From NCBI GenBank assembly GCA_949297305.1, contig CASFSG010000018.1, positions 4,901 through 68,900 of the forward strand: 64,000 nucleotides of DNA, given 5' to 3'. The translations under genes were made by a program, and so were the position numbers. Below, piece by piece: positions 58,590 to 64,000 of the stretch. The stretch is from an uncultured bacterium. GTDB taxonomy: Bacteria; Bacillota_I; Bacilli_A; RFN20; CAG-826. Within the stretch, counting starts at the first letter, position 1. Every line of letters begins with the position of its first letter. A model generated the notes under the pieces. The model was not told the origin of the DNA and searched no databases. It was given only the letters and a program-made list of their open reading frames with translations.

Positions 58590-61340
58590 ATGTTTGAAAC
58601 CAAATCGCTTAAGCAAGTTGGTGAGGAGCTTAATGTTGATTTTAAACGTGGCCTTAGTTCTATAGAAGCTAAAGAACGTTTAAATAAGTATGGCAAAAAC
58701 GCTTTAGAAGAGAAGAAAAAGAAAAATGTCTTTTTAGTTTTCTTATCGCAACTTAATGACCCGATGATTTATGTTTTAATTGCCGCTGCTTTGATTTCTT
58801 TAGGCATTGCAATTTTTGAAACTATTCGTGGTGGCGAAGGAGGCGTTGCTGAATTTGCTGATGTCATCATCATCTTTGCGGTTATTTTACTTAATGCCAT
58901 TATTGGAACTGTACAAGAAGTTAAAGCCGAGCACGCTTTAGAGGCGCTAAAAAAATTATCTTCTCCTGAATCGCTTGTTCGTCGCGATGGACAATTAATT
59001 AAAATTAAATCGGAAGAGTTAGTTCCTGGCGATGTCATCATCATCGAAGAGGGCGATACGATTGGGGCAGATGTTCGTTTGATCGAAACTTTTAATTTTA
59101 AAAGTGACGAATCTTCTTTGACTGGTGAATCTTTACCAATCGAAAAAGATGCTTCGATTGTTTTTAGTGAAGAAGTAGGCGTTGGTGATCGCGTCAATTG
59201 TGCTTATTCTTCTACTCCTTGCGTTTATGGTCGCGGTGAAGGCGTTGTTATCAATACTGGTATGAATACCGAAATTGGTAAGATAGCTACTTTATTACAA
59301 AACGAAAAAGAAGAGCAAACACCCTTGCAAAAACGCTTAGCTGATTTATCGAAACTATTAGGCATTTTAGCAATCGTCATCGTCGTTTTGATGTTTGGCG
59401 TTGGCCTTATCTATGCTTGGGTCGGTGAGAATTTAGGTTTAGACTCTGTTATTGAATTATTCATGAACGCGATTGCTTTAGCGGTAGCAGCGGTGCCAGA
59501 AGGGTTACCAGCTGTAGTAACGATCGTTTTAGCATTCGGTGTCCAAAGAATGGTAAAGGCTAATACGATTGTGCGAAAATTGCCATCGGTAGAAACCCTC
59601 GGCGCTGTTAGTTATGTATGTTCGGATAAAACCGGAACCTTAACGCAAAACAAGATGACTGTTGTCAAAACTTTCTATGATGGCAAAGTTTATACACAAG
59701 AAGAATTTAATCAAGATAATTCTTATGAGTTGGCTAGCGGCATGGCTCTAAGTAGCAATGCCTCAATTGAAAATGGCGTTCATGGTGATCCGACCGAAGT
59801 TGCCTTAGTGACTTTTCTCGATCAAATTGGCTTTAAAAAATCGCAAGTCGAGAATCTTATGCCGCGCATCGATGAATATCCTTTCGATTCTAATCGCAAG
59901 ATGATGTCAACACTTCATCAAGATAAGAATGAAAAAGTTATGTATACGAAAGGGGCTATCGATAATATCTTAAAACATACAACCCATCTCATTAAAAATG
60001 GTAAAGTCGTTAAAATTACTAAAGAAGATATTACTTTTATCGAAAAGAAGGCAAGCGAATTTTCAAAAGATGCCTTGCGCGTTTTAGCTCTAGCAAAGCG
60101 CTACATCGATAAAATTGAAGAAGATAATTTAATCTTTGTTGGTTTTGTTGGAATGGTCGATCCGGCTCGTCCAGAGGCTAAGCATGCCGTCGATATCTTT
60201 AAAGGCGCGGGTATTACTACGATTATGATTACTGGCGATCACAAAGATACGGCATACGCCATCGCGAGTGAACTTGGTATTTGTTCTAGACCTGAAGAAT
60301 GTTTAAGTGGTTATGAACTCGATGGTTTAACTGATTTAGAAGTGCAGGAAAAAGTTAAAAATGTTCGTGTTTTTGCTCGTGTCTCACCAGAAAATAAAGT
60401 CCAAATTGTTAAAGCTTTTAAAGCAAACGGCTCAATCGTTGCAATGACAGGCGATGGCGTTAATGACGCGCCTTCATTAAAAGCGGCCGATATTGGTATT
60501 GCAATGGGCATCACTGGTACTGATGTCGCTAAAGGGGCTGCTGATATGGTTTTAACCGATGATAACTTTGCCTCAATTGAAAAGGCAGTTGAAGAGGGTA
60601 GAGGCATATATGCGAATATCAAAAAGACCGTTTGGTTCTTACTTTCGAGCAATATTGGTGAGGTTGTTGCGATGTTTGTGGCGGCTATTTTAGGTTTGCC
60701 TTCACCTCTTATTGCCACTCAAATTCTGTGGGTTAATTTAATTACTGACTCTTTACCTGCTATTGCTTTAGGTAGCGATGATAAAGATCCTGATATTATG
60801 AAAGAAAAACCCCGCGGCATCAAAGAGTCGCTATTTAGTCATGGTGGTTATTATGCCATCTTTGGTTATGGAGCTTTAATTGGTGTTTTAACTTTAATTG
60901 CTTTCTTGTTCTTACCTCTAGTGGAAATCGGACAAGGTCTCCATCCTGAAGTTAATAGTCTATCGACTTTTATTACCATGCTTAATAGCGAAGATAATTT
61001 TGAGTTATTACAAAAGGCTGAAACGATGGCCTTCTCGGTCCTAGGCATTTCACAATTATTTCACATGTTAGGAATGCGCAATATCCATAAATCTTTCATC
61101 CATGTTTTTAAGAGTAAAAACTGGGTGATGCTTCTCGCTTTTATTCTTGGCATCGGACTACAATTCTTCGTTGTGGAAGTTCCAGGTGTTTCGACTTTCT
61201 TTGGTTGCTATCAGATTGATGGTGTTGAATGGCTTTATGTTATCGCTTTAGCCATTGTACCTTTACTCATTCATGAAGTTGCCGTCTTTATTGCATGGAT
61301 TGTTAAGAAAATTCATCATAGAAATAAAAAAGCGCATTAG
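58590..61340 (+). CDS. P-type ATPase type IIA (Ca2+/Mn2+-transporting, PMR1/SERCA-like)
   Basis: CSDKTGTLTQN, TGDHKDTA, GDGVNDAPSLK and 10 TM helices. The likely true start is ATG 58590 (MFETK) with GGAGG 6 nt upstream. The track's 58572 start lacks an RBS. Confidence 0.85.
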   Translation: MFETKSLKQVGEELNVDFKRGLSSIEAKERLNKYGKNALEEKKKKNVFLVFLSQLNDPMIYVLIAAALISLGIAIFETIRGGEGGVAEFADVIIIFAVILLNAIIGTVQEVKAEHALEALKKLSSPESLVRRDGQLIKIKSEELVPGDVIIIEEGDTIGADVRLIETFNFKSDESSLTGESLPIEKDASIVFSEEVGVGDRVNCAYSSTPCVYGRGEGVVINTGMNTEIGKIATLLQNEKEEQTPLQKRLADLSKLLGILAIVIVVLMFGVGLIYAWVGENLGLDSVIELFMNAIALAVAAVPEGLPAVVTIVLAFGVQRMVKANTIVRKLPSVETLGAVSYVCSDKTGTLTQNKMTVVKTFYDGKVYTQEEFNQDNSYELASGMALSSNASIENGVHGDPTEVALVTFLDQIGFKKSQVENLMPRIDEYPFDSNRKMMSTLHQDKNEKVMYTKGAIDNILKHTTHLIKNGKVVKITKEDITFIEKKASEFSKDALRVLALAKRYIDKIEEDNLIFVGFVGMVDPARPEAKHAVDIFKGAGITTIMITGDHKDTAYAIASELGICSRPEECLSGYELDGLTDLEVQEKVKNVRVFARVSPENKVQIVKAFKANGSIVAMTGDGVNDAPSLKAADIGIAMGITGTDVAKGAADMVLTDDNFASIEKAVEEGRGIYANIKKTVWFLLSSNIGEVVAMFVAAILGLPSPLIATQILWVNLITDSLPAIALGSDDKDPDIMKEKPRGIKESLFSHGGYYAIFGYGALIGVLTLIAFLFLPLVEIGQGLHPEVNSLSTFITMLNSEDNFELLQKAETMAFSVLGISQLFHMLGMRNIHKSFIHVFKSKNWVMLLAFILGIGLQFFVVEVPGVSTFFGCYQIDGVEWLYVIALAIVPLLIHEVAVFIAWIVKKIHHRNKKAH

Positions 61341-61355
61341 TAATTAATAATTTTT

Positions 61356-61382
61356 CTTAGGGCGAGGAAGTTTCGCCCTAAG
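61356..61382 (+). terminator. Terminator stem-loop after the ATPase gene
   Basis: CTTAGGGCGA-ggaagtt-TCGCCCTAAG is a 10-bp perfect stem. The downstream T-run is short (gaaagtttt). Confidence 0.55.
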
Positions 61383-61404
61383 AATGAAAGTTTTAAAATA
61401 ATTA

Positions 61405-61432
61405 TTGATATCTAAAAATTACGATATATAAT
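61405..61432 (+). promoter_or_regulatory. Sigma-70-type promoter for the tRNA-Thr/tRNA-Val pair
   Basis: TTGATA (61405-61410), a 16-nt spacer and TATAAT (61427-61432). The tRNA begins at 61446. Confidence 0.55.
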
Positions 61433-61445
61433 ATAAAAGCGCTCC

Positions 61446-61522
61446 GCCGTCGTGGCTCAACTCGGTAGAGCAACTGTCTCGTAATCAGTAGGTTGAAGGT
61501 TCAAATCCTTTCGACGGCACCA
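61446..61522 (+). tRNA. tRNA-Thr (anticodon CGT), CCA encoded
   Basis: The acceptor GCCGTCG pairs with CGACGGC, followed by A and CCA. The anticodon loop is CTCGTAA, the T-loop is TTCAAAT, and the 31-39 pair is T-T. Confidence 0.75.
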
Positions 61523-61551
61523 TTTTGAGCAATACTCACTGAGATAAATAT

Positions 61552-61627
61552 GGATGTTTAGCTCAGCTGGGAGAGCATCTGTTTGACGTACAGAAGGTCA
61601 CAGGTTCGAGCCCTGTAGCATCCACCA
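61552..61627 (+). tRNA. tRNA-Val (anticodon GAC), CCA encoded
   Basis: The acceptor GGATGTT pairs with AGCATCC (one G-U), followed by A and CCA. The anticodon stem TCTGT/ACAGA is perfect and the loop is TTGACGT, with an unusual G at position 37. Confidence 0.7.
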
Positions 61628-61643
61628 TCTTAGCGCATAAAAT

Positions 61644-61672
61644 ATCTGGCTTAGTCCAGATTTTTTTATTTT
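61644..61672 (+). terminator. Rho-independent terminator after the tRNA pair
   Basis: ATCTGG-cttagt-CCAGAT is followed by TTTTTTTATTTTT. Confidence 0.75.
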
Positions 61673-61770
61673 TGCATTCGATTTGCTATTTAAAACTTAC
61701 CATAAATAATAATTTTTTTCTTAATAATGTCCGTAAAATTCATATTTTTTATAATTAGGAAGAAAATTAT

Positions 61771-61790
61771 ATATTCAAATATTTGAATAT
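61771..61790. promoter_or_regulatory. Perfect 20-bp palindrome (candidate operator) upstream of the DUF2188 gene array
   Basis: ATATTCAAAT|ATTTGAATAT is exactly self-complementary and lies about 70 bp upstream of the first DUF2188 gene. Confidence 0.4.
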
Positions 61791-61858
61791 TGCGGTTAAT
61801 TTATTTAAAATAATAATGATTTAAATTGATTTTTAGTTAAACAATGGGGAGCGAGTTT

Positions 61859-62242
61859 ATGACTAAAAAGAATGAAACTATTTTAGATGATAATAGTGAT
61901 GGTGTTGTTTATATTGAAGAAGCTTTAAATAATAATGACACAACCCGTCCTTTAAAAACACCTCATCTTGACGAAAAGACTATTGCGACGGTGAAGAAAA
62001 TTCCTAGCGACGGTCGTTATTCGCTTTTCAAAGATAAAACAAAGGCTAATGAAGGTGATGTTTATCATATTGTTCGCCGCGATGATTTAGCTATTTATGA
62101 AATTCGTCGTTTGAAAGATGAATATCCTTTAAAGATTTTTGGTCGCGAAATTGAAGCGATTGAATATGGCAAATTATTAATTAAAAATTTTGGTGTCTCG
62201 GTTTTATTGCATGGTCGAGATGGTAAAGTACGAACTTTATAG
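61859..62242 (+). CDS. DUF2188-domain protein with an N-terminal extension
   Basis: The C-terminal ~65 aa (DVYHIVRRDD...AIEYGKLLIK...LLHGRDGKVRTL) match the DUF2188 signature HGRDGKIR. The probable start is ATG 61859 (GGGGAG RBS 7 nt upstream). The track's start at 61844 lacks an RBS. Confidence 0.6.
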   Translation: MTKKNETILDDNSDGVVYIEEALNNNDTTRPLKTPHLDEKTIATVKKIPSDGRYSLFKDKTKANEGDVYHIVRRDDLAIYEIRRLKDEYPLKIFGREIEAIEYGKLLIKNFGVSVLLHGRDGKVRTL

Positions 62243-62255
62243 GGGAGATTGAGTT

Positions 62256-63326
62256 ATGAAAAGTAAGAAAGCATCAATAGCATTAATTAGTGTCGCTAGC
62301 GCATTATCATTAGTGACTTTGCTTTTATTTCTATTATTTGAAAGCAACTATTTTACCGACTTTACTAGAGTCGTATCTTTGTTTCAAGGCTTGATAGATT
62401 TTAATAATTTTACTATTTATTCTGTTTCTTTGTTGGTTTATGCTCTCGCCTATGTTTTATTTGGCTTAGCAGCTTTTTTAACTTTAATAATCTTAGGAGC
62501 AAAGAAACATCGTTATATCGACATTTTATTTGCCTTTTTAATATGCATGGTATGCCTAATTAGTGCAGCAGAAACATCACTATTAATTTATTCGTTTGTT
62601 GCTCTAAGTCCAAATTTAGAAATATTTTTTATTGAAGTAATTATCATCAGTGTTTGCGAAATTTGCTTTATTTTATCAATCGTTTCTTTTGCTTTAGAAG
62701 TCAAAATTTTGATATCAATTAACTCAAGCAATGAATCTAAAACTCTTTTAGAGGAAGAGAAAGAAAGTTCAAATGAGGAAAATATTACTGATAATAATTC
62801 TTTAGCATCGAATGAAGCAGTATCAGAAAATAAAATTTCTTTAGCAGATTTAACTATTCGACAAAATTCGGTTGAAATCCAAGAAGAAAATAATGCGAAT
62901 GATAGTGAACAAAAGGTCGTCGAAGAATCTCAAGTGGTTGATTCTAATAACGAAAGTAACGCAGAAGTCGTCTCTGAAAATATTCAAGAAGACACTTCTA
63001 TGAAGAAAGCGACATCGAGAAATAGAGCTGATAAGAGACCAGTTTCTACTATAGAAAGTAAAGCCCAAGTTGCTAGTAAATATAATACGCGTTCAAAACC
63101 TCGCAAAAAAGTTGCTCCTAAACTTCCTAGTGGGGCGGTGAAGGCCTATCATATTTCTCAAAGAGCTGATTTGCATAAATGGCAAGTGAAAGCGAGTGGG
63201 GCTGAAAAGGCAATTAAATTGTTTTCAACTCAACAAGAAGCGATTCAATACGCTAAGACGATGGCGGCTAATCAAGGGATCTCAATTCGCGTTCATGGTC
63301 GCGATGGCAAAATAAGGAGTATATAA
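62256..63326 (+). CDS. Membrane-anchored DUF2188-domain protein (4-5 TM helices, acidic Ser/Glu/Asn linker, basic segment, then DUF2188)
   Basis: There are N-terminal TM helices, then a low-complexity linker (EEEKESSNEENITDNNS...), then KPRKKVAPK. The C-terminus VKAYHISQRADLHKWQVKASGAEKAIKLFSTQQEAIQYAKTMAANQGISIRVHGRDGKIRSI is a DUF2188 domain. A GGGAGA RBS is present. Confidence 0.6.
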   Translation: MKSKKASIALISVASALSLVTLLLFLLFESNYFTDFTRVVSLFQGLIDFNNFTIYSVSLLVYALAYVLFGLAAFLTLIILGAKKHRYIDILFAFLICMVCLISAAETSLLIYSFVALSPNLEIFFIEVIIISVCEICFILSIVSFALEVKILISINSSNESKTLLEEEKESSNEENITDNNSLASNEAVSENKISLADLTIRQNSVEIQEENNANDSEQKVVEESQVVDSNNESNAEVVSENIQEDTSMKKATSRNRADKRPVSTIESKAQVASKYNTRSKPRKKVAPKLPSGAVKAYHISQRADLHKWQVKASGAEKAIKLFSTQQEAIQYAKTMAANQGISIRVHGRDGKIRSI

Positions 63327-63348
63327 TAAAAAAAGGGGAGAAGAAATT

Positions 63349-63552
63349 ATGGGAAAGATATATCACATCTCTAAACGTAAAGAAGATGGCAAGTGGCAAG
63401 TTAAGGCTGAAAAGTCTGAAAAAGCAGTAAAACTCTTCTGGACAAAAGAAGAGGCGGTTAAATACGCTAAAGAATTGGCGGAACGCAACGATGCTTCAAC
63501 CGCCTTTCACGCTTCAAAAGGTAAAAATAAAGGTAAATTGCAAAAGCATTAA
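63349..63552 (+). CDS. Stand-alone DUF2188-domain protein (67 aa)
   Basis: MGKIYHISKRKEDGKWQVKAEKSEKAVKLFWTKEEAVKYAKELAERN matches the N-terminal half of the DUF2188 fold. A GGGGAG RBS is present. Confidence 0.6.
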   Translation: MGKIYHISKRKEDGKWQVKAEKSEKAVKLFWTKEEAVKYAKELAERNDASTAFHASKGKNKGKLQKH

Positions 63553-63567
63553 GCTTTTGCTTCTTGC
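63540..63567 (+). terminator. Terminator hairpin overlapping the stop of the 63349 gene
   Basis: GCAAAAGC-attaa-GCTTTTGC is an 8-bp stem, followed by TTCTT. Confidence 0.5.
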
Positions 63568-63639
63568 ATCCATAGTTTAATGGTAGAACTTTTGCTTCCC
63601 AAGCAAAAAGTACGAGTTCGATTCTCGCTGGATGCTCCA
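63566..63639 (+). tRNA. tRNA-Gly (anticodon CCC), CCA encoded
   Basis: The acceptor GCATCCA pairs with TGGATGC, followed by T and CCA. The anticodon stem TTTGC/GCAAA gives the loop TTCCCAA, and the T-loop is TTCGATT. There is one A-C mismatch at the base of the T-stem. Confidence 0.65.
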
Positions 63640-63686
63640 AACAACAACAATTTTTACTAAGATAAATGCAAGGAGAAGCTAAGACG

Positions 63687-64000
63687 ATGAACAAATTTAT
63701 GCGCGCAGCAATTAAAGAAGCCTATAAAGGAATTAATCGTGGTCATGGCGGTCCTTTTGGAGCGGTAATTGTTAAAGATGGTCAAATTGTTGGCCGAGGC
63801 CATAATCAAGTTGTCAAAAATAATGATCCAACTTGTCATGGTGAAATGATGGCGATTCATGCTGCTTGCAAAAAATTAAAAACTTTTGATTTATCTGGCT
63901 GCGAAATTTACACTACGGGCGAACCTTGTCCGATGTGTATGGGAGCAATTTTATGGTCTAATATCGATAAGATTTATTATGGTTGCAATATTATCGACAC
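63687..64000 (+). CDS. guaD: Guanine deaminase-like CDA-fold deaminase (GuaD/TadA family), 3'-truncated by the window edge
   Basis: GHGGPFGAVIVKDGQIVGRGHNQV...DPTCHGEMMAIH...GEPCPMCMGAI closely resembles B. subtilis GuaD (GHGGPFGAVIVKDG...DPTAHAE...CEPCPMC). Confidence 0.7.
   Translation, partial: MNKFMRAAIKEAYKGINRGHGGPFGAVIVKDGQIVGRGHNQVVKNNDPTCHGEMMAIHAACKKLKTFDLSGCEIYTTGEPCPMCMGAILWSNIDKIYYGCNIID

Noticed and set aside
58430-58696. 88-aa minus-strand ORF overlapping the ATPase leader
   Set aside because: It overlaps the riboswitch-like leader and the 5' end of the P-type ATPase gene on the opposite strand. It has no RBS and no recognisable domain.
1-64000. Possibility of a Mycoplasma-type genetic code (UGA=Trp)
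   Set aside because: tRNA-Trp carries a CCA anticodon, and the genes here are long standard-code ORFs with no signs of in-frame TGA interruption. This fits an Acholeplasma-like standard code.
1-64000. CRISPR arrays, insertion sequences, integrases, rRNA
   Set aside because: I saw no regularly spaced direct repeats, no transposase or integrase-like ORFs, and no rRNA-like sequence on either strand.

Overview
This is an AT-rich, gene-dense window, almost entirely plus-strand, using the standard genetic code. The evidence is a tRNA-Trp with a CCA anticodon and long uninterrupted ORFs. The many lipoproteins with an L-[TS]-S-C lipobox and the Mollicutes-style ABC proteins suggest an Acholeplasma-like, wall-less Firmicute. 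I could run no searches or computations, so every annotation rests on motifs read by eye.

The main contents are:
- A 5'-truncated P1B heavy-metal ATPase (1-1528).
- A large accessory operon (about 2440-16535) with a TasA/camelysin-like protein, a SipW-type signal peptidase, a membrane-anchored McrB-like AAA+ protein plus a zinc-ribbon partner, an ABC exporter, and four large secreted or lipoprotein beta-helix/repeat proteins, several of which carry SipW-cognate-type N-termini.
- A glutamine-type NAD synthetase with two oddities, two tandem CNNM/CorC transporters, a GT2, a DegV protein, and a CCA-adding enzyme.
- A carbohydrate-utilisation island (30246-54910) with surface lipoprotein esterases, a LacI regulator, two near-perfect cre boxes, a sugar ABC importer whose MalK-like ATPase carries giant insertions, a GH2, and four GH43 enzymes.
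- A minus-strand block with exoA, a GH13 enzyme and a flavoprotein.
- A candidate yybP-ykoY Mn2+ riboswitch in front of a type-II P-type ATPase.
- tRNA-Trp, tRNA-Thr, tRNA-Val and tRNA-Gly genes.
- A tandem array of three DUF2188-domain paralogs preceded by a perfect 20-bp palindrome.
- The start of a guaD-like deaminase.

The best candidate for an undescribed system is the sipW-coupled membrane McrB-like/zinc-ribbon pair, embedded in the SipW-substrate surface-protein operon.
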